The notes under the pieces are model-generated. The model was not told where the DNA came from. It saw nothing but the letters and a program-made list of their open reading frames with translations, and made no database searches. The position numbers and the translations under genes are program-made. Shown piece after piece: positions 9,663-19,183 of a stretch of 64,000 nucleotides of DNA. Position 1 is the stretch's first letter. The number at the start of each line of letters is the position of its first letter. This DNA comes from Candidatus Methanoxibalbensis ujae (GTDB lineage: Archaea; Halobacteriota; Syntropharchaeia; Alkanophagales; Methanospirareceae): positions 73,390 to 137,389 of the forward strand of contig JAOQIN010000002.1 of assembly GCA_026134085.1 (NCBI GenBank), given 5' to 3'.

Positions 9663-10001
9663 TCACAAAATCTCGCTGAGAACGAATATGTCTATTTCGT
9701 CAGCAAGCTCTTTAAAGCGCTCTTTAAACTCATTGAGCTTTTCAATTTTTTCTTTTTCCAAATTTATCTTTTTTATCTTGTCATCCACTTCCGCCTGTTT
9801 GTGAAATATGTCATAGATGAGTGAGAACATGCTCGGGCGCTCGCTCCTGAACTTTCGCAGGTCTTCCTGAATGTCTTTACCTTCTCTGAAATGCTCGAGC
9901 ACCATATCAAAATACGCGAAAATCTCTACAGCATCTTTGTAAAACTCATCCACAGCATATCTGAATGCTCTCGGCTCTATCTCACGCTCGGCAGATGCCA
10001 T
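9663..10001 (-). CDS. small helical protein of unknown function (paralog of 26344..26643)
   Basis: A gap-free hand alignment to ORF 26344..26643 gives about 36 identities over about 95 positions (FY.DA..IF..FD, LR.F, F.LI.D.F, EKI.K..EFK.R, L.DEI). No family recognised. Confidence 0.7.
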   Translation of the reverse strand: MASAEREIEPRAFRYAVDEFYKDAVEIFAYFDMVLEHFREGKDIQEDLRKFRSERPSMFSLIYDIFHKQAEVDDKIKKINLEKEKIEKLNEFKERFKELADEIDIFVLSEIL

Positions 10002-10159
10002 GATGGTATATTCGGAACATTATTTTATAGGGTTTTCGCTTTTTGCCTCCCTGCCTCCCGGGACCTCTGTCGTGACTTGATCCATACGGGTTCTGTTTGG
10101 GCTGTCCCTGAAATGACTGCTGAACCCGCATGAATGAGTTCACGCTCTCAGCGGATTTC

Positions 10160-10222
10160 AGCGAGCATATAAGCGAGCATATAAAACAGATGCTGCGACA
10201 GCGAGAATAGACAGCGAGAATA
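10160..10222. repeat. two adjacent perfect tandem duplications (12-nt x2 and 13-nt x2)
   Basis: agcgagcatata x2 (10160-10183) and gacagcgagaata x2 (10197-10222), upstream of glyA. Confidence 0.95.
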
Positions 10223-10303
10223 AAGTGCGGCGACAAAGGCAGATATGATAATGTGATTGTATCAATGTGCATCAGCGAAGACAAAAGAGAGAGGGGATAG
10301 GAG

Positions 10304-11623
10304 ATGAGAGAACTGGAAGTGGAGATGAAGCGTGCGGTGGAGAGGGTGTTCTCAGCTGTTGAGAGACATCATGAGCTTTTTAAAAATGCACTGCCGATGA
10401 TAGCGAGCGAGAACATAACGAGTGTTGCTGTCAGGAACATGCTTATATCAGATTTCTCGCACAGATATGCTGAAGGAGATGTTGGAAGGAGATTTTATCA
10501 GGGATGTGCGTTCATTGATGAGGTTGAAGCGATTGCGATAGATCTTGCAAAGCGGCTTTTCAGCGCTGAACATGTGAATTTAAAGCCAACATCGGGCGTG
10601 AATGCGAACATAGCAGTAATACTTGCGCTGACAGATGTTGGAGACAGGATAATGGCGCTTTCAGTCCCTGATGGAGGGCATATAAGCCACTCAAAATTCT
10701 CAGCACCTCAGATAAGGGGACTTCATGTTGACAATCTGCCATTTGACTCAACGGAGATGAACATAGATGCTGCACGAATGCATGAGGATATAATTGAGAA
10801 GAAGCCGCGCATGATACTTCTCGGAGCTTCTCTTTTTCTTTTCCCCCATCCGGTGAGGGAAGCGGCAGAAGCGGCGAGGGAAGTTGGAGCGAGGGTTGTC
10901 TATGACGGCTCGCATGTCCTCGGACTTATTGCAGGTCGTCGTTTTCAGGATCCGCTGCGTGAAGGTGCTGATGTCATCGTGAGCAGCACGCACAAGACAT
11001 TTCCGGGTCCTCAGGGTGCGCTTATATTGTGTGGTGAGGATCTGAGAAGCAGAATAGACATGGCTGTTTTTCCGGGCACTGTGAGCAATCATCACCTGCA
11101 TCATGTCGCAGGCCTCGCAGTGGCTATCGCTGAGATGATGTGCTTCGGCGAGGCATACGCATCGCAGACAATAGCAAATGCAAAAGCGCTTGCAAGGCAC
11201 CTTCATGAAAACGGATTCAATGTCCTCTGCGCACACAAGGGGTTCACTGCCTCTCATCAGGTCGCAGTTGATGTCTCTGAATTGGGAGGGGGCTCCTATG
11301 TGGCAATGAAACTGGAAAAAGCAAACATAATAGTGAACAAGAACATGCTCCCCTCCGATAGAACGCCTGAAAATCCATCAGGCATAAGAATTGGCGTTCA
11401 GGAGCTCACACGCATAGGGATGAAAGAGCGTGAAATGGCTGAGATCGCAGCGATGATGCGAAGAGTAATTATTGATGAAGAAAACATAGATAAGGTGAAA
11501 AAAGATGTCTCCGCACTGAGAGAGGGATTCCAGCATGTCCATTTCTCATTTGACGCTGTTCAAAACGGCGTGAATGCATATGATTTCCCCGTGCATTTCA
11601 ACATTGATGCCTTTCAACATTGA
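10304..11623 (+). CDS. glyA: serine hydroxymethyltransferase (archaeal type)
   Basis: LPMIASENITS, YAEGDVGRRFYQGC, and SSTHKTFPGPQG (PLP lysine motif). Length is typical for SHMT. Confidence 0.93.
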   Translation: MRELEVEMKRAVERVFSAVERHHELFKNALPMIASENITSVAVRNMLISDFSHRYAEGDVGRRFYQGCAFIDEVEAIAIDLAKRLFSAEHVNLKPTSGVNANIAVILALTDVGDRIMALSVPDGGHISHSKFSAPQIRGLHVDNLPFDSTEMNIDAARMHEDIIEKKPRMILLGASLFLFPHPVREAAEAAREVGARVVYDGSHVLGLIAGRRFQDPLREGADVIVSSTHKTFPGPQGALILCGEDLRSRIDMAVFPGTVSNHHLHHVAGLAVAIAEMMCFGEAYASQTIANAKALARHLHENGFNVLCAHKGFTASHQVAVDVSELGGGSYVAMKLEKANIIVNKNMLPSDRTPENPSGIRIGVQELTRIGMKEREMAEIAAMMRRVIIDEENIDKVKKDVSALREGFQHVHFSFDAVQNGVNAYDFPVHFNIDAFQH

Positions 11624-11672
11624 TGCCCCCCTGATCCCACTTGATGTCATCTGCGACGACGCTGATGCTGCA

Positions 11673-11870
11673 TCACACACCCTTCTGCTCCTCAAGTGTC
11701 AGTGCGCCAAGCGGGCATATGTTCACACAGGAGGAGCAGGCATTGCAGTTCTCATGCCTTATATCAAGCCATGTACCCCATAAAATCAATGCATCCCTCA
11801 TGCATACTGTCACACATGCACCACATGCAGCACATTTGAAGCGGTCTATGTGCAATTTCAACTCGGCCAT
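11673..11870 (-). CDS. 2x[4Fe-4S] ferredoxin
   Basis: 65 aa with CAACGACVTVC and CNACSSCVNICP cluster motifs. Confidence 0.8.
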   Translation of the reverse strand: MAELKLHIDRFKCAACGACVTVCMRDALILWGTWLDIRHENCNACSSCVNICPLGALTLEEQKGV

Positions 11871-11980
11871 TTCACCTCCTTTTCGGATCTCAGTGTCACG
11901 AACTATCGCCCATGTCCCACTCCGCCAACGTCAGTTGGCGTAAGCTGTTTATATTCTTTGTTGGAGTTCAGAGGCATCAG

Positions 11981-12012
11981 GATGCTGAGGTGCTGAGATG
12001 CTGAGATGCTGA
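11981..12012. repeat. 8-nt tandem repeat (4 units, intergenic)
   Basis: gatgctga / ggtgctga / gatgctga / gatgctga. Confidence 0.9.
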
Positions 12013-12333
12013 GAGAGGGAGAGAGGAGGGTGGCAAAGCATTGCTCCCATCATGACGAGCTTTTGCAGGCTCATGGCATTGATTGAAGTTACCGGAGACC
12101 AAAACGGAAATGGAAATCTGGTGAGTGTGTGAATGAGAGAGTGAGAGAGAGATAGAGGGGAAAGCTACTCATGGAGCTCTGTGAGCTCAGCACAGTGAAG
12201 TGATGGCTTCACGGGGATTATGCAATCAAAAGCAATCTCCCCGGGAGAAGCTGACGCTTTCATTCCTCTTCTTTTCAGGACATGCGCAACTGAGCAACAT
12301 CTTTTATAGGATGCGACTGAGAATAGATGGAGG

Positions 12334-12702
12334 ATGGCAGAGGAGATTCCACCACAGTTGAGGAATCAGCTTGCGCAGCTGCAACAGTTGCGCATGCAGC
12401 TTGAGACGGTGAGCAGGCAGAAATTGCAGGTGGAGGCTGTGCTGAGAGACACGGAGAGCGCACTTGAGGAGCTTGAGCACATTGATGACAACGCTGTCAT
12501 ATACCGTGGCGTCGGTGAGATTCTCGTGAGGACCTCTCGTGATAAAGTGAAGGAGGAGTTGAAAGAGAAAAAGGAGACATTTGACCTCAGATTGAAAACG
12601 CTTGAGCGTCAGGAAGAACGAATGCAGAAGCGATTCCAGCAGATTCAGCAGCAGATAAGAGAGGCGCTGGGAGGTGAGCAGGTATCTCCTGCTGGTGGTT
12701 GA
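12334..12702 (+). CDS. pfdB: prefoldin subunit beta
   Basis: PPQLRNQLAQLQQLRMQLE .. coiled coil - beta hairpin (AVIYRGVGEILV) - coiled coil. Size is typical. Confidence 0.88.
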   Translation: MAEEIPPQLRNQLAQLQQLRMQLETVSRQKLQVEAVLRDTESALEELEHIDDNAVIYRGVGEILVRTSRDKVKEELKEKKETFDLRLKTLERQEERMQKRFQQIQQQIREALGGEQVSPAGG

Positions 12703-12756
12703 TTTCAGCGTGATTATTTCAGCGTGATGGCGCGATGTCGTGTGAATGTCGTGTGA
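12702..12756. repeat. two tandem duplications starting at the pfdB stop codon
   Basis: atttcagcgtgat(t/g) x2 (12702-12729) and atgtcgtgtga x2 (12735-12756). Confidence 0.9.
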
Positions 12757-12798
12757 TAAAGAGCGAGAAATGTTTGAAGAGGATGAGAGAGGCGGTGC

Positions 12799-14316
12799 AT
12801 GATGAGAGAGGAGATCCCGTTCAAAAAGATAAGGGAGGGAGTGTGGGAGGTATCTCCCGATTATAAGAACTACATGAGGGTGCCCGCGCGTGTCTATGCG
12901 ACGAAAGAGCTGCTCGATGCCATGAGAGGAGATCTCACGCTTCAGCAGGTTATAAATGTGGCTTCTCTTCCGGGCATTGTGAAGTATTCAATGGTGATGC
13001 CGGACGGTCATCAGGGCTATGGGTTTCCGATAGGCGGTGTAGCGGCGACAGATGTTGAGAGAGGTGTGATATCGCCTGGCGGTGTCGGCTACGACATAAA
13101 CTGCGGTGTCCGTCTTATTCGCACCGAACTCACGGAGGATGAGGTGAGACCCCATCTCAGGGAGATTCTTGACGGTCTTTTTGAGAACATCCCCGCGGGT
13201 CTTGGGCTTTCAGGCAGAATAAGACTCACACAGCATCAGCTTGAGGAGGTGCTGCAGCTCGGCTCTGAGTGGTGTGTTGAGCAGGGATACGGCTGGGAAG
13301 AAGACCTTGAGCGCACTGAGGACGGCGGCAGGATTGAATTTGCGAATCCTGAGAAGATAGACGAGAAATCCATGAAGAGGGGCGCACCGCAGCTCGCAAC
13401 ACTCGGAAGCGGAAACCATTTCCTTGAGGTTCAGGTCGTTGACGAGATATTTGATGAAGAAGCTGCGAAAGCCTTCGGAATAAATCAGGAGGGGCAGGTA
13501 GCCATTCTCGTCCACACAGGAGGCAGAGGTTTCTCTCACGGCGTTTGCTCCTACTATCTGCGTGTGTTTGAGAGGGAGATGCGCAATGACGCCACGCTTG
13601 CGAGGATACTGAAGCTTGAAAGGGAGCTTGCATGCGCCTATCTCTCATCAAAAGTGGGCACTGATTATTTTGAGGCCATGTGCAGCTGCGCCAACTACGC
13701 ATGGGCAAATCGTCAGCTCATCACATATTTCGTGAGAAATGTGTTTGAAAATGTTTTCAAAACGGATGCTGAGAAGCTTGGAATTCATCTGATATATGAT
13801 GTGGCGCACAACATTGCAAAAATTGAGGAGCATTATGTGAATGGGACCCGTAAAAAACTCTGCGTCCACAGGAAAGGAGCGACGAGAGCGTTTCCAGCTG
13901 GAGATGAGCGCCTTCCCGCTGTATACAGGAGCGTCGGTCAGCCTGTTCTGATACCGGGTTCAATGGGAACTCGCTCATTCGTTGCTGTGGGCACTGAGAT
14001 AGCCGCAAAAGAGACATTCGGCAGCTGCGCTCACGGCTCCGGCAGGCGTCTCAGCAGGACTGCTGCGATGCGGAGGTTCAGAGGGGAAGATGTGAAAAGG
14101 GATCTTGAGCGGCGAAACATAATGGTCAAAGCACGTGAGCGCACTCGCTCGGATGTGAGAAGGAAGAGAGGTGTGCCCTTCGACAGATTCGGTGAGCTCG
14201 CTGAGGAAGTTTCAGCCGCTTATAAGAACCCTGAAGAGGTTGTGGAGAGTTGTGAGGTCGCAGGCATTGCCAGAAAAGTGGCTGCATTCAGAGCAATAGG
14301 CATTATAAAAGGTTGA
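12799..14316 (+). CDS. rtcB: RNA-splicing ligase RtcB
   Basis: MPDGHQGYGFPIGGV, GYDINCGVR, GSGNHFLE, GSMGT, AHGSGR. Full length; no intein visible. Confidence 0.95.
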   Translation: MMREEIPFKKIREGVWEVSPDYKNYMRVPARVYATKELLDAMRGDLTLQQVINVASLPGIVKYSMVMPDGHQGYGFPIGGVAATDVERGVISPGGVGYDINCGVRLIRTELTEDEVRPHLREILDGLFENIPAGLGLSGRIRLTQHQLEEVLQLGSEWCVEQGYGWEEDLERTEDGGRIEFANPEKIDEKSMKRGAPQLATLGSGNHFLEVQVVDEIFDEEAAKAFGINQEGQVAILVHTGGRGFSHGVCSYYLRVFEREMRNDATLARILKLERELACAYLSSKVGTDYFEAMCSCANYAWANRQLITYFVRNVFENVFKTDAEKLGIHLIYDVAHNIAKIEEHYVNGTRKKLCVHRKGATRAFPAGDERLPAVYRSVGQPVLIPGSMGTRSFVAVGTEIAAKETFGSCAHGSGRRLSRTAAMRRFRGEDVKRDLERRNIMVKARERTRSDVRRKRGVPFDRFGELAEEVSAAYKNPEEVVESCEVAGIARKVAAFRAIGIIKG

Positions 14317-14597
14317 TCCCTCCCTCCATTGCACCTGCGCTCTCCAGGACACAGGCTACAACGGGACAAAAACATAAGCCGCAACATAACAACAAACACA
14401 ACACAGGAGGAGAGGGAAATGCGAGAAGGAGCGTTTTAAAAGTTGCTGCCATTCCCGCCTTCTGGCGGAGCAGGTGAGGTGCTATACATCATCGCATTAA
14501 TCATTGCTCGCTATGCGAGCCCGGGGTCGGGCAGACCCGAAGTGAAGCCCTCGACCGAGACTGGAAGGCTGAAAGAGCTGCGGGGTAAGCTCAGTTC

Positions 14598-15104
14598 TCA
14601 TCCATCAGGGAGGCTCTCAGGTGGGGAGAGCATCATCAGGAGGGGCAGTTCAGGTCTGTCCTTCAGAGTCTGATAAACGATGAATGTCTCCGTCCGCTCA
14701 ACGGCATCAAATGTGTGAATCTGCTTGATAAAATCGGTCATTTCCTCTTTTCTCCTGAAAAGAAGTTCAAGGAAGAAGTCATATCTGCCGAACAGCATCT
14801 GGATTTTGCGGACATTCATGTTTTTCTGCAGGAATTCAACGAGGTTTTTTCTGAGATTTTCCGAGGGTTTTGCGCTTATGAGCATGTAAGCCCTGAAGGA
14901 TAATCCCAGCTTCTCCTCATTCAACCGGACAGTGAAAGACTCAATTATGCCATCTCTCTGGAGCTGCTTCACCCGCTCAAACGCGCCCTGCCTGCTCATC
15001 CCGCATATCCTGCCGAGATCAGCAAATGATATCCTGCCGTTTTCAATCAGTGAGTGCAGTATGCATTTGTCCTTTTCCTTAAGCTTCATTTCGTCATTTG
15101 TCAA
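14598..15104 (-). CDS. Lrp/AsnC-family transcriptional regulator
   Basis: N-terminal HTH (DKCILHSLIENGRISFADLGRICGMSRQGAFERVKQLQRDGII) followed by a RAM-like domain. Confidence 0.85.
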   Translation of the reverse strand: MTNDEMKLKEKDKCILHSLIENGRISFADLGRICGMSRQGAFERVKQLQRDGIIESFTVRLNEEKLGLSFRAYMLISAKPSENLRKNLVEFLQKNMNVRKIQMLFGRYDFFLELLFRRKEEMTDFIKQIHTFDAVERTETFIVYQTLKDRPELPLLMMLSPPESLPDG

Positions 15105-15123
15105 AACAAAAATGGATCATATT

Positions 15124-15151
15124 TATAAGTTGACGGTTATAAGTTGACGGT
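15124..15151. repeat. perfect 14-nt x2 tandem duplication in the lrp/pckG divergent intergenic region
   Basis: tataagttgacggt occurs twice, head to tail. Confidence 0.95.
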
Positions 15152-15193
15152 TGTTCATATGGACATGGATCTGTGTGGGGAGGAGAAGTGAGG

Positions 15194-17098
15194 ATGAGCA
15201 TGAGAATGAGCGGTGAGTTTAAAGGGTCAGAGGCGTTGAGGAGGAGGATGAGTGAGGAGCAATATGAGAAACTTGAAGCCATACCCGACACTGATGTGCA
15301 TCGTTTCATTGCTGAATCCGCTGAGCTCTGCGAGCCGAATGACATATTCATATGTGATGATTCACCAGACGACATCGCATACATAAAGCACATGGCCATC
15401 GCGAGCGGTGAGGAGAGCGCAGCTTTGGAAACGCCAGGTCACACATTCCACTTTGATGGCTATTTTGATCAGGGGAGGGACCGTGCGACAACGAAGTTTC
15501 TCGTGCCAAAGGGCGATAATCTGAGTCCACATCTGAATCAGATAGACCGTGATGAGGGATTGAAAGAAATATTGGGGCTGCTGAGAGGTTCTATGAGAGG
15601 GCGCACGATGATTGTTCGCTTCCTCATACTGGGACCTCCAAATTCTGTTTTCACGATACCATGCATGGAGTGCACTGACTCGTGGTATGTTGCGCATTCT
15701 GTAAGTCTGCTCTATCGGAAGGGTTATGAGACATTTCTGAAAATGAAACCGGGGACGGAGTTCTTCAAGACTCTTCACTCGCAGGGCAGGGTGGATGAGC
15801 GAAAGGTCAGCGTTGACTACAAGAAGCGCCGCATATATATTGATTATGTCACAAACACTGTGTACAGTGTGAACAATCAATATGCGGGCAACTCAGTTGG
15901 TTTCAAGAAGCTTGCGCTGCGACTCACAATCCGCAAGGCACATCGTGAAGGGTGGCTTGCTGAACATTTCATGATAATCGGTGTTCACGGACCCGGAGGT
16001 CGCAAGACATACATAGCAGGTGCTTTCCCGAGCGCATGTGGCAAGACCTCAACTGCAATGCTTCAGGGCGAGAAAATACTGGCGGATGACATCGCATATC
16101 TGCGCAACATTGACGGTGTGTGCAGAGCTGTGAACGCTGAATCCGGAATTCTCGGCATAATAAAGGACATAAACCCGAAAGACGATCCCCTGATCTATGA
16201 AGTGCTCACGAGTCCCAACGAGATAATATTCTCAAATGTGCTCATAAAGGATGCGAGACCATGGTGGCTGGGGATGGGCTGTCCTCTGCCTGAAGAGGGC
16301 ATAAATCACTCAGGAAAATGGTTCAAGGGTAAGATAGGTCCTGATGGAAAGGAGGTTCCACCCGCTCACGAGAACGCAAGATACACCATATCGCTTCGTG
16401 CGCTGCCAAACTGCGACCCATCGCTTGACGATCCGGAAGGTGTTGAGCTCGGCGGCATAATGTTCGGAGGTCGTGATTACCGCGCTTATGTGCCTGTTCA
16501 GCAGGCATACAGCTGGAAGCATGGCATAATCACATACGGCGCCGCACTTGAAACAGAGACAACATTCGCAATCATTGAAGAGCGCAGGAAATATGAGATA
16601 AATGTGATGAGCATTCAGGACTTCCTGTCAATCCCATTGGGTCAATATGTGAAGAACTACATAGAATTCGGGAGGAAATTGAAAAAAGTCCCTCTCGTTT
16701 TCGGCGTCAATTACTTCCTTTGCGACCTTAAAACAGGAGAATTCCTCAATGACAAAAGGGACAAGCATGTGTGGGTGAAGTGGATGGAGCTCCGCATACA
16801 CGATGATGTCTCCGCAATAAAGACACCGACAGGACTCATACCCAGGTATGAGGACATCGCTCAGATTTTCAAGACATTGCTCGACAGAGAATATACAAAA
16901 GAGGATTACATGAAGCAGTTCACTGTTCGTGTCCCTGAGAACCTGCTGAAAATAGAGAGGGTGCGTGCATTCTGGGAAAGTGTTCCGGATGCCCCGGAAG
17001 AGGTTCTGGAAGAGCTGAATGAGCAGGAGAAAAGGCTCATCAATGCGAGAGAGGAGTTCGGCGATTACATATCTCCAGAGAGCTTCCCCGAAATTTGA
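15194..17098 (+). CDS. pckG: phosphoenolpyruvate carboxykinase (GTP)
   Basis: P-loop/kinase-1a motif GAFPSACGKTS, plus ADDIAY, FGGRD. About 630 aa. The ORF opens at GTG 15173; the first in-frame ATG is at 15194. Confidence 0.92.
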   Translation: MSMRMSGEFKGSEALRRRMSEEQYEKLEAIPDTDVHRFIAESAELCEPNDIFICDDSPDDIAYIKHMAIASGEESAALETPGHTFHFDGYFDQGRDRATTKFLVPKGDNLSPHLNQIDRDEGLKEILGLLRGSMRGRTMIVRFLILGPPNSVFTIPCMECTDSWYVAHSVSLLYRKGYETFLKMKPGTEFFKTLHSQGRVDERKVSVDYKKRRIYIDYVTNTVYSVNNQYAGNSVGFKKLALRLTIRKAHREGWLAEHFMIIGVHGPGGRKTYIAGAFPSACGKTSTAMLQGEKILADDIAYLRNIDGVCRAVNAESGILGIIKDINPKDDPLIYEVLTSPNEIIFSNVLIKDARPWWLGMGCPLPEEGINHSGKWFKGKIGPDGKEVPPAHENARYTISLRALPNCDPSLDDPEGVELGGIMFGGRDYRAYVPVQQAYSWKHGIITYGAALETETTFAIIEERRKYEINVMSIQDFLSIPLGQYVKNYIEFGRKLKKVPLVFGVNYFLCDLKTGEFLNDKRDKHVWVKWMELRIHDDVSAIKTPTGLIPRYEDIAQIFKTLLDREYTKEDYMKQFTVRVPENLLKIERVRAFWESVPDAPEEVLEELNEQEKRLINAREEFGDYISPESFPEI

Positions 17099-17141
17099 GC
17101 GTGGCAGCAATTTCTTATTTATCTGATTTCAATAACTCATC

Positions 17142-17930
17142 ATGGAATCGTGGATCCTGATAGGTGCTGCTGCCATTGTTGCGCTGATTTTTCTCCTTCT
17201 ATCCATAAGAGTGGTGAAGGAGTATGAGCGCGGCGTTGTGTTCAGATTGGGAAGGCTTGTCGGTGCAAAAGGACCCGGACTCTTTTTCATAATTCCACTC
17301 GTTGACAGCATGATAAAGGTTGACCTGCGAACTGCTGTGTTTGATGTGCCACCACAGGAGGTCATAACAAGGGATAATGTCACGACAAAAGTGAATGCAG
17401 TTGTTTATTATCGTGTTGTTGACCCCGAAAAAGCGGTTGTTGAAGTTGAAAATTACGCATACGCAACTTCTCAACTCGCTCTCACAACGATAAGAAGCAT
17501 AATAGGGCAGGCGGAGCTTGATGAGCTTCTTTCTGAGAGAGAAAAGCTCAACAGGAAACTGCAGAGCATAATTGATGAGGCTACTGACCCATGGGGAATC
17601 AAGGTATCCGCGGTTGAGATAAAGGATGTGATGCTCCCCGAGGGGATGCAGCGCGCAATGGCTGCTCAGGCGGAGGCTGAGAGAGAGCGCAGAAGAAGAA
17701 TAATCGCTGCTGAGGGAGAATTCCAGGCTGCAAAGAAAATAGCGGCGGCTGCTGAAGTGCTTGCGGAGCAGAAAGGAGGACTGTTCATAAGAATGCTCCA
17801 GACAATCACCGAGGCAACAGAGGAGAAGGCGTCAACAGTCATTATTCCGTTCCCTGTTGAGATGCTCGAACCTCTCGGTTTCGTATCAAGATCAAGCAGC
17901 CATGCCGAACGCAGCAATTCTGAAAAATGA
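17142..17930 (+). CDS. SPFH/band-7 (stomatin-like) membrane protein
   Basis: N-terminal TM helix, [14 protein letters not shown], the AVVYYRV and EIKDV patterns, and an Ala/Glu-rich coiled coil. Confidence 0.88.
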   Translation: MESWILIGAAAIVALIFLLLSIRVVKEYERGVVFRLGRLVGAKGPGLFFIIPLVDSMIKVDLRTAVFDVPPQEVITRDNVTTKVNAVVYYRVVDPEKAVVEVENYAYATSQLALTTIRSIIGQAELDELLSEREKLNRKLQSIIDEATDPWGIKVSAVEIKDVMLPEGMQRAMAAQAEAERERRRRIIAAEGEFQAAKKIAAAAEVLAEQKGGLFIRMLQTITEATEEKASTVIIPFPVEMLEPLGFVSRSSSHAERSNSEK

Positions 17931-17970
17931 TTGAAAAATGAGAGGTGATCAGTGCGATAAGCGTGCAGCA

Positions 17971-18037
17971 TGCTCGGTGTTATTTTTTTCAATTTCTTTT
18001 TCTCTTTTCACTTTCTTTTTCTCTTTCTCTTATTGTT
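17971..18037. terminator. T/C-rich tract between convergent genes (candidate bidirectional terminator)
   Basis: ttatttttttcaatttctttttctcttttcactttctttttctctttctcttattgtttc. Oligo-T runs are the known archaeal termination signal. Confidence 0.3.
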
Positions 18038-19183
18038 TCATATTCTCTTATCTTCATTCATCTGAACGACTTCCTCAACATCCATCACGCTGTTCAGCAT
18101 GTCCCTGAGCAGTTCGCTCTCAAAGTTCGCGTATGCCTTCTTGGATTTAGGGGATGCGATTGCGATTTTCCGCTCCTCAAGAGGAGGATATGCGTTTCTG
18201 AATACACTTTCAATTTCATTTACCCATGATGGCATTTCCTCAGCGATGAAGAGAGTAGGTTCGGGATATGTGTGCCATGTGTATGCGTCGTATCTTGACA
18301 ATCTGTCAGTGAGCACGATGACGATGACCTCCGACATCACGGAAAATGAAGTTGTGAGGAACATCATTGTATCATCCATTGAGAATCCGCTGAACTGACA
18401 GATGAACTCATCCAATGTCTTTGGGGTCACACCGAGTTTGACTGCGAGGCTTTCCACCATCATCTTCTTTGCATCTTCTTTTATCTCATCTGCAAATTCT
18501 GACAGCCTTTTCTCAAATGATGAGGCGAGATCACGCAGGTATTCCTCCCTGAAATCAACAAGCGCATCCCTGACACGCTTCTTCTCCTCTTCCTCATGTC
18601 TCAGCGAGAGGAACTCACGCTTCGCCTTCTTCATGTAGAAGCATATGCCCTCCCCTATCATCCTCTCCTCAATTGATTTGAACACATCGGGAGAGAACAT
18701 ATCCGAAATCTCGGTCTTCAGCATCTCATACTGAGTCATACCTGCATGTTCATAGGGCATTTTCAGCATAAGCTCAAGCATTTTGAGCGATGCAATGTCT
18801 TTTTTCGAGACGCATTCCTCAAAGAACGCTGAAAGCTGCTTTGGCGGGCTCACGAATTCGGATGCCACTTCCTCAAACGCATCTTCAAATCCTTCGGGAC
18901 ACAGAAACTCATCGTAGAATCCTCTCCAAAGAAGTCCTCTCTTCCTCAGCTCCTTCACGATGGCTCTGCATTCACTGTCTGCCGCTGATTCGTCGTTCAT
19001 GCGGCGAATTGCGTTGTAGTTTCTCGCGAGCGATTCTATGGTTGAGTAACCCTCAAGCATGTGAACGAGTGCGACAATTGTCCTCACGCGCTCATCATTG
19101 GCAGCCATTCGCGAGAGCATCTTCCTGTATTCAGCAGGGGTCATCATCACATCACCCCCCTGCATCTTCATCTTAGCGCACAT
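18038..19183 (-). CDS. hypothetical protein, translationally coupled to SepCysS
   Basis: 381-aa ORF with protein-like composition. ATG 19183 overlaps the pscS stop (19173-19175); alternative ATGs lie at 19171 and 19165. No family recognised. Confidence 0.65.
   Translation of the reverse strand: MCAKMKMQGGDVMMTPAEYRKMLSRMAANDERVRTIVALVHMLEGYSTIESLARNYNAIRRMNDESAADSECRAIVKELRKRGLLWRGFYDEFLCPEGFEDAFEEVASEFVSPPKQLSAFFEECVSKKDIASLKMLELMLKMPYEHAGMTQYEMLKTEISDMFSPDVFKSIEERMIGEGICFYMKKAKREFLSLRHEEEEKKRVRDALVDFREEYLRDLASSFEKRLSEFADEIKEDAKKMMVESLAVKLGVTPKTLDEFICQFSGFSMDDTMMFLTTSFSVMSEVIVIVLTDRLSRYDAYTWHTYPEPTLFIAEEMPSWVNEIESVFRNAYPPLEERKIAIASPKSKKAYANFESELLRDMLNSVMDVEEVVQMNEDKRI

Noticed and set aside
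14317-14597. A possible structured RNA (RNase P or SRP RNA) in the 280-nt gap between convergent rtcB and lrp. GGCUGAAAGAGCUGCGGGGUAAGCUC loosely resembles the GGGUGAAAGGGUGCGGUAAGAGCGC segment of RNase P RNA.
   Set aside because: There is no GAGGAAAGUCC-type CR-I, no ACAGAA/GGCUUA-type 3' conserved regions and no SRP GGAA/GNAR motifs. The gap is too short for RNase P RNA. An Infernal/Rfam scan would be needed, and by eye the call is unsupported.
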